A stretch of 64,000 bases of DNA from Alphaproteobacteria bacterium (GTDB taxonomy: Bacteria > Pseudomonadota > Alphaproteobacteria > UBA7985), in assembly GCA_965228345.1 (NCBI GenBank), contig CBDDHH010000004.1:2620-66619 (forward strand), read 5' to 3'. Below the pieces are notes generated by a model that had not been told where the DNA came from, made no database searches, and saw nothing but the letters and a program-made list of their open reading frames with translations. Position 1 is the first letter of the stretch, and each line of letters begins with the position of its first letter. The position numbers and the translations under genes are program-made. Below are positions 1 through 10,833 of the stretch, piece after piece.

Positions 1-177
1 CGGGTATAAGCGAAGGCCCCGTCCTGCGGTCGGGCTGAGCGAGCGGTGCGAGCGAGGTGAGACCGCAAACCCAAAAAGCCGAAACGCAACGCGTTTCTGG
101 CGTGAGAAAACGCTCATATTCCGTCGGACAAGATACGAAACGGTCATAAAAAGGCGACTTTTATGACCGTTTCGTAT
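1..177. repeat. Modular palindromic repeat (IS630-end-derived MITE-like family), copy cut by the window edge
   Basis: Core shared with 31610-31716 (GGTATAAGCGAAGGCCCCGTC...GAAACGC-AAC-GCGTTTC); terminal hairpin 133-177 with 19-bp perfect arms; carries a 26-bp IS110-left-end-like insert at 107-132. Confidence 0.85.
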
Positions 178-215
178 AACGCCATTTAATCGAGTCAAAA
201 CAAACGCGAATGACT

Positions 216-770
216 TTAAGTCCTCGGCGCGTACTTGTTCAAAATCCGCTGGAGGGTGCGGCGGTGCATGCGCAAGCACCGGGCGGTTTCGGAGACGTTG
301 TGACCGCATTGCTCATAAATTCTTAAAATATGCTCCCACCGCACTCGGTCTGCCGTCATGGGGAACTCGGGCGGCGGGGGCAGAAGTTGATCGTCGGCCG
401 TTAGCGCATCCTCAATCGTATCAAGATCGGCAGGCTTGGGCAAATAGTCGGCAGCGCCGAGTTTAACTGCGGAAACCGCCGTGGCGATGTTGCCGTAGCC
501 AGTCAAAACGATCATGCGCGTGCTGGGGCTCACTTTGGGTATGGCCTCGACGAGATCGAGACCACTGCCGTCGGCCAGGCGCAAATCAATTACCGCGTAG
601 GCGGGCGGGGCGCTCAGGCCCGCACGCTTTCCTTCGGTGACACTATAGGTGACACGGACATCGTAGCCGCGCCGCTCCATAGCAAGACCCAAACGATCAG
701 CAAACCGCACATCGTCATCGACAATCAGCAAGGTACGACCTTTGGCGAAGCCTGGAATGTGCTCGGTCAT
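216..770 (-). CDS. regA: RegA/PrrA/ActR redox response regulator
   Basis: Receiver domain (LLIVDDD, DLRL, LTGYGNIATAV, KP) plus the family C-terminal motif RWEHILRIYEQCGHNVSETARCLRMHRRTLQRILNK. Confidence 0.93.
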   Translation of the reverse strand: MTEHIPGFAKGRTLLIVDDDVRFADRLGLAMERRGYDVRVTYSVTEGKRAGLSAPPAYAVIDLRLADGSGLDLVEAIPKVSPSTRMIVLTGYGNIATAVSAVKLGAADYLPKPADLDTIEDALTADDQLLPPPPEFPMTADRVRWEHILRIYEQCGHNVSETARCLRMHRRTLQRILNKYAPRT

Positions 771-800
771 GGGGTTCTATAGCAACCAGACCAAAGAATG

Positions 801-847
801 ATACCAACGGTCCTAAAAAGTGACCTTTTCATGACCGTTTCGTGTCT
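801..847 (+). repeat. Hairpin end-module of the repeat family, forming the left target half of IS110 copy 1
   Basis: ATACCAACGG-N10-TGAC hairpin ending TTCGTGT-CT. Confidence 0.85.
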
Positions 848-904
848 TGTCTAATGGAATATGAGCGTTTTCTTGCCGCGATGCTAGATCATTTGTGGTA
901 AGCT

Positions 905-1082
905 TGACGCGCCGATTTGGGGGTGGCCACCCCCAAATCGGCGGCGGGGCTGGATCGTTCGTGTCTAGGTGCTGCGTTGCAGGCATCGTTCGTGAGTTTG
1001 ATCACCCCGTCTTTCCTACAAGTGGCCCGAATGGATACTAGGGAGCCAGCTGTGCGTCCCCTATGACAAGAAAGGGAACGGA
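905..1082 (+). ncRNA. Putative IS110 bridge RNA (copy 1)
   Basis: 34-bp palindrome 910-943; LTG 958-966, RTG 991-996, LDG 1031-1039, RDG 1065-1070; RNA ends are approximate. Confidence 0.8.
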
Positions 1083-1085
1083 AAG

Positions 1086-1657
1086 ATGTCACAAGCTACC
1101 ATCGGAATTGATGTTTCAAAAGCCCAATTCGATATTTTTGTGTCAAATGGCCAAAACCATAGCTGCAAGCCCAATACCCCTTGCGGGATTAAGGCTCTCA
1201 TCAAGACCTTGAGCAAGTTTCCTGATTGCCTGGTCGTTTTTGAGGCAACTGGCTTCTATCACAGAGCCTTGGAACGTGGCCCTGCTCAAGCCCAAATCGC
1301 TTACGCAAAGGTCAACCCTTGGCAAGCGCGATGCTTTGCCAACAGCATCGGCCAACTCGCAAAAACCGATAAGGTCGATGCGAAAATCCTGGCACTCATG
1401 GGCCAAACCCTCCCCCTTGAGCCCACCAAGATACGCGATGACGTCATTGAAACTCTTGGAGAATACCAAAGTCTTCATCAAGGGCTTGTGCAAACGCAAA
1501 CGCAGTGGAGCAACAGGAAGAAAGTCGTTACCCATAAGGCCGCTGTGAGGCTTGCAACGAGAATGCTCAAGACCCTCGAAAGGGAGATCGAACAGCTAAC
1601 CCTCAAGACCAAGAAGCTCATCGAAGCCCATCCTGATCTCTTGGAACGCTTTAACAT
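1086..1657 (+). pseudogene. IS110 DEDD recombinase, 3'-truncated (lacks the catalytic Ser domain)
   Basis: GIDVSK, FEATG, KTDKVD motifs; ORF reads into the inserted IS up to 1730. Confidence 0.9.
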
Positions 1658-2318
1658 AGACCTGATTCTCAATAGGGAGATAAAAAACAGACGGACTTGT
1701 CCCTTAGTGCTTATCTCAGCAAATTTTTAAATTGATGTTTGCCAGAGCCGCGACATTCTTAGCAATCATGTTCTCATGTCGGTTTCCTCTGGAGATGTCA
1801 GAGAAAATGTTGAACTTTTTCATGCGTCCAATGCCATGCTCAACCTTCACGCGCATAGAGCTGAACCACTTATTGTAGTCTTTTTGTTCTTGGCTTAGAT
1901 TTTGGTTCTTGGATTTCTTTATCGGGACTTCGCAGTTGGTTCCTACATAAGCTAAGTCGCCCAAGAGCAGGGTATCTGGTGGCTTGTCCAGATGGCTTTG
2001 ATCATAAAGGGTTTTGTCGTGCTTGCGCCCCGGGTGAACGGGGCCACAAGCACGAATGCGCTTCTTATCATCGACGACAATTTGATGCTTATGAGTAAAG
2101 CGCTTCTTTTTCCCCGAGTAGATCTTCTTTCGGCCCTTCGATTTCTTGGGGCGCTGACAGGGGCGCTCGGTCCCATCGACAATCAGATATATGAGCTGCT
2201 CCTTATCATCCTCACTTAAAGCAAGCCTGCGCTCGGGCATCTGAAAATGGCCTGCCAATAGCTTGGTCATTGTATTGGTGGACTCGTAACGGTTTTGTTC
2301 CGCGCGGTTGAGCAGTTT

Positions 2319-3176
2319 TTATGCCGCCAAGCGTTCGAATGCTAGGGGGCTTTTCCCACCGTTTGCGCTGTGGCGTCGGCGTGGATTGTAGAAGCCGTTG
2401 ATATAGTCAAAGATGGCGCGGTGCGCAGACCTCCTGGTTGGCCAGATGTACCGCCATATTAGCTCGGCTTTGATGGTTTTGAAGAAGGCTTCGACAACGG
2501 CATTGTCGTAGCAGTTGCCCTTGCCACTCATGGAGGCCTTGAAGCCGTGTTTGGTGAGCAGATCGCGATAGTCATGGCTACAATATTGAGAACCACGGTC
2601 GCTATGATGGATGCAGCCCTCTGGTGGTTTTCGATGGGCGATGGCCATTTCCAAGGCACGGATCGCCAAGCCCTTTTTCAACCGATCACTGACCGCCCAA
2701 CCGATGACGCGGCGGGCGTAGAGGTCCATGACGACGGCGAGATACAGCCAACCTTCCTGTGTCCAGATGTAGGAGATATCTGAGGCCCACTTTTGATTTG
2801 GCCCTGAGCAGCTGAAGTCCCCATCCAGCAGATTGGGAGCTACGCCCAGAGAATGTGCACTGTCTGTAGTAACTTTGTATTTGTGCTTACGGGCCACACG
2901 TATGCCGTTGGCGGCCATGAGCCTACCAACGCGACGTTCACCTACACGCAAGCCCTCTTCTTTAAGCTCTTCGGTCATGCGGGCCCGCCCGTATGTGCCC
3001 ATACAGAGGCGATGCTGCTCTCTGATATGCGCCAGAACAACAAGGTCTGCGCGCTGATGCTGGCTCATGCCCCGCGCCCTCCAGGCACGCAGCCCCCGTG
3101 ATGTGACGCCGAAGAAGGTGCATAGATGCTCCTGGCTAAGGCAACCCTGATACTGGCTGATGTAGGCGAACTTCAT
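2319..3176 (-). CDS. IS3 transposase OrfB (rve DDE)
   Basis: WASDISY, HHSDRGSQY, DNAVVEAFF. Confidence 0.95.
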   Translation of the reverse strand: MKFAYISQYQGCLSQEHLCTFFGVTSRGLRAWRARGMSQHQRADLVVLAHIREQHRLCMGTYGRARMTEELKEEGLRVGERRVGRLMAANGIRVARKHKYKVTTDSAHSLGVAPNLLDGDFSCSGPNQKWASDISYIWTQEGWLYLAVVMDLYARRVIGWAVSDRLKKGLAIRALEMAIAHRKPPEGCIHHSDRGSQYCSHDYRDLLTKHGFKASMSGKGNCYDNAVVEAFFKTIKAELIWRYIWPTRRSAHRAIFDYINGFYNPRRRHSANGGKSPLAFERLAA

Positions 3177-3475
3177 TTGCTTATCTCCGCAAAGAACTGG
3201 GTGGCCTTTTTTAAGATCTCCCTCTCCTCCTTGAGATGGCGGTTCTCGATGCGAAGGCGTTCGTTTTCCTTGGCCAGTTCAGCAGCATCCGCAACTGCGC
3301 CATTATGCAGGGGCAAGGGGCTACCTTCTACCTCAGCACGGTATTTGCGAACCCAGGCATTGAGCGTCGAAAATCCAACACCCAAATCAGAGGCCAACTG
3401 CTTGCGCGTCAGCCCACTGCTTAAAGCCATGCGGACCGCATCGCGCTTGAAGTCTTCACTGTGTAATTTGCTCAT
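3173..3475 (-). CDS. IS3 transposase OrfA (HTH)
   Basis: EDFKRDAV...ILKKATQFFA; A-AAA-AAG slippery site; ATGA overlap with OrfB. Confidence 0.95.
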   Translation of the reverse strand: MSKLHSEDFKRDAVRMALSSGLTRKQLASDLGVGFSTLNAWVRKYRAEVEGSPLPLHNGAVADAAELAKENERLRIENRHLKEEREILKKATQFFAEISK

Positions 3476-3922
3476 GATTTTGTCTCCTTGTAATTGAGCT
3501 TAGGTGCTCAACCACGCAGAACAAAACCGTTACGAGTCCATGGCGGTTCGGATGCTCGTGCTATCTGAAACCGAAAATATCAAACCCAGAAACTCATGAT
3601 TGATGTAAGTCCGATAATAGATCAGGCATAAAAGCAGCATCTCCTCAAAGCTTAGCTTATGGCTTGGCCCGCCCCCAATCGCGCGTTGGCGATGGGGGCG
3701 AGATAGACGCTGATGGTTGTGAGCCTCCCAAAGCGGCAAAATCTTCTCTGAAATGTCGTCAAAATCGCTGACCCTTATCCCACTTAAGCGGAAAAACAGG
3801 CGCGGTTGCTTCTTAAGGATTTTGAAGGTTCTCATAAAAAGGCTAGAATCAGCCAAACCTGACTTCGACAAGACCTTGTTTGCACGCAAAAGCTCTTTTT
3901 CAGTTTATCGTGAAGCGGGTCT

Positions 3923-4208
3923 ATCGAATTGGGCTTTTGAAACATCAATTCCGATGGTAACTTGTGACATCTTTGCGTTCCCTTTCTTGTCATACGGGAC
4001 GCACAGCTGGCTCCCTAGTATCCATTCGGGCCATTTGTAGGAAAGACGGGGTGATCAAACTCACGAACGGTGCCTGCAACGCAGCACCTAGACACGAACG
4101 ATCCCGCCCCGCCGCCGATTTGGGGGTGGCCACCCCCAAATCGGCGCGTCAAGCTTACCCCAAATGATCTAGCATCGCGGCAAGAAAACGCTCATATTCC
4201 ATTAGACA
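3923..4208 (-). mobile_element. IS110 copy 2: complete left end / bridge RNA region plus first 16 codons only
   Basis: Reverse complement of 26539-26824; core CT at 4209-4210 (minus strand). Confidence 0.9.
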
Positions 4209-4210
4209 AG

Positions 4211-4255
4211 ACACGAAACGGTCATGAAAAGGTCACTTTTTATGACCGTTGGTAT
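4211..4255 (-). repeat. Hairpin end-module, left target half of IS110 copy 2
   Basis: Reverse complement of 26492-26536. Confidence 0.88.
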
Positions 4256-4460
4256 AAGCCCACGCTTAAGGATTGGTGAAAAACGCCCCCAATCCATCAA
4301 CGCGGTGATCTTGGAAAGCGTGTCGTCCTCCCCAAGCCAAGAGGATACATCTTGACGAAACAAATCCATATTCAGACCCTGAGTAAACTCTCAAAGACAT
4401 AGCAAAACATGCCATCTCAGGGAATCCTTCAATCAAAAAACTCCCTATGCAGAAGCCTTT

Positions 4461-4712
4461 TCAGGCTTGGAGCCCAACCGTTTCGTGCGCGGACGTTCCC
4501 CCCGCCCTTCGGGCTTGGAGCCCGCTTGGGGGCCCAGTCACGACCCCTACACCAGTTCATAAAGAGTCTCTCTTAAAGACCTCTGCATAACACGATTCTT
4601 CAAAACGAAAGCACAAAATGTTGGCATCAAACGTCCTAGAAACAACTAAGTGTTGATTCTTGCGGCGTTCGCCGTTTATTATGCAGAGGTCTTTCTTAAG
4701 GAAAACTGGTAT
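4461..4712. repeat. Degenerate copy of the modular repeat; its end hairpin is interrupted by the 118-bp MITE
   Basis: CCCTTCGGGCTTGGAGCCCGCT core; ACACCAGTTCATAAAGAGTC...AACTGGTAT matches 31468-31508 reverse complement. Confidence 0.75.
4576..4693. mobile_element. 118-bp MITE copy 1
   Basis: 15-bp perfect IR AAGACCTCTGCATAA; 5-bp TSD TCTTA; second copy at 14144-14261. Confidence 0.9.
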
Positions 4713-4762
4713 AAGCAGCAATTCCACCTTAACATTCAGGTCAAATTCAGGCACGCTCCCGC

Positions 4763-5851
4763 ATGGCTATGCATTGGTTTCTTGTCCTATTCGTGTCAGC
4801 TCTGGGGGTCACCGCGCGCGCGCAGGCGCCCGCCTGGCAGGTGGGCCGTTTTGACTTGGGCAATCAGACCACGGCGGCGGCGCGCCTATACGGCGGGGCC
4901 TTTCAGGCGAATTTTTACTGCGAGCCCAGTGCCGACACACCCGCCAATCTCACTCTTTCGATCACGGCCCTGGGCGCGCTCGACGCCGACTGGACCCAGG
5001 CGCATAACGCAGGCCACTTCGACAGACGCGCCTTGGTGCGCGCGGACACGCAGGTGGTCGGCGATACCTCGGCCACGGCGCGCGCGGATGGCCGTCAGCT
5101 TCGCTTGGGGTTTGACCCCAAGAACTACGCCTTTGATCGCCTCGTTTCCGGGGCGAATTTGACCTTGGAATTTGAAAACGGGGCGGGTTTGGCCGCCTTT
5201 ACCTTACCCATGCCCGGAGCGGGGTTGGGCGCCGCCCTGTGTCCGGTCGCCAAATCGTGCGGCCACGATACGACCAACTTGTGCGCGATCTTTGCGACCG
5301 TGGAAACCGCCACCACCGCCGCCATCCCCTTAACGCCGGACAAAAACGAGGGCGGGGACCCACAGTGGTTTACTTCAGAATACCAGACGCCCTTCACGAC
5401 CTTGCCCTTTCATCGCACGGCGTCGATCTTTGATCCCGATCGCGGCGTTGAGATGCATCTGTCATGCTTGTCGGAACAAAGCGAGGCGCTTGCCATCAAC
5501 TTCCTGTTTGATCGCGACCATCCCGACATCCAGGTCTTTGATACCGGCAGCCCCGACCTCGCCGAAATCGTCTGGGAAACCGCGGAAACCGCGGGGCGCT
5601 GGACACAGTTTCAGGTCTATGACGATGGCTATGCCCTGGGCCGGGAAGGCATTGCAGTCGATATGATCAATCGAGCCACGCTCGAGGAACTGATGACAAC
5701 CGACCGCCACATCGAGGTCATAGCCCGGCAAGGGCCGCGCCAAGTGGCGGCCCAGTTTACCCCGCGCGGCAGCCGCAACGCCATTTGCGCGGTCATGAAC
5801 GGGTGCGGCGTCCCGCTCGGCTTTTCCCCCGCGTGCCGAAATCGGAATTGA
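4763..5851 (+). CDS. Exported hypothetical protein with two related Cys-containing domains
   Basis: Signal peptide (FLVLFVSALGVTARA-Q); GC3-biased ORF; repeated motif A.C.V...CG......C. Confidence 0.75.
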   Translation: MAMHWFLVLFVSALGVTARAQAPAWQVGRFDLGNQTTAAARLYGGAFQANFYCEPSADTPANLTLSITALGALDADWTQAHNAGHFDRRALVRADTQVVGDTSATARADGRQLRLGFDPKNYAFDRLVSGANLTLEFENGAGLAAFTLPMPGAGLGAALCPVAKSCGHDTTNLCAIFATVETATTAAIPLTPDKNEGGDPQWFTSEYQTPFTTLPFHRTASIFDPDRGVEMHLSCLSEQSEALAINFLFDRDHPDIQVFDTGSPDLAEIVWETAETAGRWTQFQVYDDGYALGREGIAVDMINRATLEELMTTDRHIEVIARQGPRQVAAQFTPRGSRNAICAVMNGCGVPLGFSPACRNRN

Positions 5852-5916
5852 GCCATCCGACGTATCTTGAACTCGGATGATTGGCTTTAGACCTCGCTGC
5901 AGTTGAGGCTTGAATA

Positions 5917-6106
5917 ATACCAGCGGCAATTATAAATGACTCTTATGATCGCTGGTATAAGGGCCGCGACTGCGGCCCCCGTAGCGGCCCCGAGATCGGC
6001 GGACACGCGCCTCGGGGTATAAGCGAAGGGGAGGCGAAACGCGAAGCGTTTCTGCCGTGAGACACGAAATGGTCATGAAAAGGTCACTTTTTATGACCGT
6101 TGGTAT
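5917..6106. repeat. Complete 190-bp modular repeat containing an EMPTY IS110 target site (6056-6068)
   Basis: ATACCAGCGG...GGTAT hairpin (5917-5958) + core + hairpin (6062-6106); minus strand reads TTCGTGT-CT-CACG. Confidence 0.92.
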
Positions 6107-6118
6107 AAGTCCCCTTAG

Positions 6119-8324
<2,206 letters not shown>

Positions 8325-8328
<4 letters not shown>

Positions 8329-9680
8329 CGACTTCCGCTGGTTTCTTCTCTCGTCTTGCCGCACGCTTTTCCGAACGGGCGGCCCATGCTGATCAGGTGG
8401 TTCGCGAGGTACGGGAATCCTTGACGCCAGAGGCACCCAATCAACTGATTGATCTGGGTCGTGCGGCCAAGCACGCGGCAGCTGAGCTCGGGCTCGCGAC
8501 CCCGACGGTCAAAAAGCGGGCCTTGCGCGCCTGCGCCCAAGAACTGCGCGCGGCGGCCCCCGACATTGAGGCCGCCAACGCAACCGACATGGCGGCTGGC
8601 CGCGATAAGGGCTTGTCGGCAGCCATGCTCGATCGCTTGTTCCTCGACGCCGCGCGGATCGAGGCTATGGCCGAAGCGGTGGCGGAGATTGCGCACATGC
8701 CCGATCCCGTCGGGCGGGTCTTGAGCGAAACCGCACGTCCAAATGGCCTCACAATCCAGCGCGTATCGGTGCCCCTGGGTGTGATCGGGATCATTTATGA
8801 AAGCCGGCCCAACGTCACGTCGGATGCGGCAGCGCTGTGCATCAAGGCGGGTAACGCCTGCATTTTGCGCGGCGGCTCGGATTCGTGGCAGTCGGCGACG
8901 CTGATCGCGGCTGCCATGCGCAAGGGTCTGGAAAGCGCGGACCTAAACCCCGACGGCGTGCAGCGGGTGCCGAGTCCGGATCGCGCCTTGGTAGGGGACT
9001 TGCTACGCCTGCATAACTATGTCGACGTCATCGTTCCTCGTGGGGGAAAATCGCTGGTGGCGCGGGTCCGAGCCGAGGCGCGCGTGCCTGTGTTTTCACA
9101 CCTCGACGGAATCTGCCATACTTACGTCGATGCGAAGGCCGATCTTGCCATGGCCCAGAACATTGTTCTGAACGCCAAGCTGCGTCGCACGGGCATCTGC
9201 GGGTCCATGGAAACCTTGCTGGTCCATGCTAGCCTTGCCCAATCGTTCTTGCCGCAAGTCGTGGCCGAGCTGCAGGCGGCCGGGTGCGAGGTGCGCGGCG
9301 ATACTGCAGTGACCGCCCTACCCGGAGTAATCCCTGCCACAGCCGAAGATTGGAATACTGAATACCTAGACGCAGTGGTGTCGGTCGCCGTGGTCAAGGA
9401 CGTAGAGGCAGCCATCGCACACATCAACCGTCATTCATCTCACCATACCGACGCCATCATTACCAGGACCAAGAAAACCGCGGACCGGTTCTTGGCGGCT
9501 GTGGACAGTGCCATTGTCATGGTCAATACCTCAACCCAGTTCGCCGATGGTGGTGAGTTTGGCCTGGGTGCCGAAATCGGCATTTCAACGGGCCGATTGC
9601 ATGCGCGTGGACCTGTGAGCGCGGCGGAACTGACGACTTATAAATACCACGTGATCGGGAACGGCCAAATTCGCAGCTGA
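8325..9680 (+). CDS. proA: Gamma-glutamyl phosphate reductase
   Basis: PLGVIGIIYESRPNV, ICGSMETLL, FADGGEFGLGAEIGIST. Confidence 0.97.
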
Positions 9681-10210
9681 TGGCGACAACTGCCCCCCAT
9701 CTCTACGGAAACAAAGATACGCTCTGGTCGCCCGATCGCACCTACCGCTATTTCTTGCGCCGCCGTGTCGAGGACGGGTCTGCCCTGGCCGCCAAGCCGC
9801 CCATTGGGTTTATTTTGCTCAACCCCTCTACCGCCGATGAAACCAAGGACGACCCAACCGTGCGTCGATGCCGACGCTACGCTCTGGCCTGGGGCTACGG
9901 CGAAGTAATTATCCTCAACGCCTTTGCCTTCCGCGCCACCGATCCTGCGCTGATGCGCGCGCAAGCGGACCCTGTGGGGCCCGACAATGATCGGGTGCTT
10001 AGGGAGTCGGCAACGGCGCTGGTCGCCCATGGAGGTGCGCTGGTGTGCGGCTGGGGCAATCACGGCGCTTTTCAGGGACGCGGCACTGCCTTGCGCACCC
10101 TCCTAAGAGCTTGTCCTGCACAGGCCTTTCCCCATACAAGGGCGGGCGAGCCCGGCCATCCCCTTTACCTCCGCAAAGATGTTCATCTGGAGACCCTGCA
10201 GCATGATTGA
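9680..10210 (+). CDS. DUF1643-family protein
   Basis: YRYFL, LNPSTAD...DPTVRR, NAFAFRATDP, WGNHG, HPLY motifs. Confidence 0.85.
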   Translation: MATTAPHLYGNKDTLWSPDRTYRYFLRRRVEDGSALAAKPPIGFILLNPSTADETKDDPTVRRCRRYALAWGYGEVIILNAFAFRATDPALMRAQADPVGPDNDRVLRESATALVAHGGALVCGWGNHGAFQGRGTALRTLLRACPAQAFPHTRAGEPGHPLYLRKDVHLETLQHD

Positions 10211-10784
10211 CCCCACTCAGTTTTATCGCACGCGTCGCTCTGTCAAGGTCGCCGATATGGTCCCTGGTGGCCCGTCGGAACAAGATCGCGACACGATCCT
10301 GGCCGCGGGGTTGCGCGTGCCCGACCATGGCAAACTGGCACCGTTCCAATTTTTGGTGTTTGAGGGCGACGCGCGCGGGGCCTTTGGGCATCACGTTTTG
10401 GGGCCTCGGTTTGCAGAACTGCATCCCGAGGCCGCATCGACAACCCTCGCCCTGGAATCACAGCGATTTGAGCAAGCAGGTCTGGTGATTGTCGTGCTGT
10501 TTACACCCAAGACCCATCCCAAAGTCCCCCTTTGGGAACAACAAATGGCAGTCGGAGCCGCGGCAATGAACATGCTGACTTGCGCCCAAGCCCTGGGCTA
10601 CGGTGGCCAGTGGCTGACCCAGTGGTACAGCTTCGACGATCAAGTGCTGCGAGCTCTCGGCGGCGATCCCGACCAGGGGCACCGCGTGGCCGGGGTCTTG
10701 TATTTCGGCGGCCTGCAAGTGAACGTCGAGGATCGGGATCGACCCGATCCAAAAAGACACATTCGCTTCTGGTCATCACCTTAG
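10203..10784 (+). CDS. Nitroreductase family protein (YdjA-like)
   Basis: RRSV, RVPDHGKLAPF, WEQ, GYGGQWLT. Confidence 0.9.
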   Translation: MIDPTQFYRTRRSVKVADMVPGGPSEQDRDTILAAGLRVPDHGKLAPFQFLVFEGDARGAFGHHVLGPRFAELHPEAASTTLALESQRFEQAGLVIVVLFTPKTHPKVPLWEQQMAVGAAAMNMLTCAQALGYGGQWLTQWYSFDDQVLRALGGDPDQGHRVAGVLYFGGLQVNVEDRDRPDPKRHIRFWSSP

Positions 10785-10833
10785 AACTGTTTAAGGCCTT
10801 GACCTCTTAAGGAGGCCAAGACTTTAAGGCCTT

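Larger units (their letters stand above)
848..1657 (+). mobile_element. IS110-family element copy 1, truncated by an ISL2-type IS
   Basis: Near-identical to 26539-27348; identity stops at TTTAACAT 1657. Confidence 0.92.
2279..3540 (-). mobile_element. IS3-family element copy 1 (1262 bp)
   Basis: IRs TGGACTCGTAACGGTTTTGTTC...; 3-bp TSD TGG; same ORFs as 12327-13588. Confidence 0.96.
1658..3922 (-). mobile_element. IS5-family ISL2-type (DDE_Tnp_4-like) element, ~1 kb, interrupted by IS3
   Basis: Imperfect IRs AGACCTGATTCTCAATA / AGACCCGCTTCACGATA, AT on each flank; transposase halves 3541-3835 (HTH) and 1716-2278 (IVDGTE, GDLAYVG, RVKVEHGIGRMK) rejoin in frame once IS3 is removed. Confidence 0.85.

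Noticed and set aside
889-1092. Small ORFs repeated at each IS110 left end and in repeats (889, 3964, 4070, 5930, 19431, 26462, 26580, 27670, 31413, 58296)
   Set aside because: Chance frames across structured non-coding repeats; starts and stops vary between copies
5917-6106. Repeat hairpins as integron attC sites or simple terminators
   Set aside because: No RYYYAAC/GTTRRRY boxes and no integron integrase; the ends match the IS630 IRs instead. Incidental terminator activity is not excluded.
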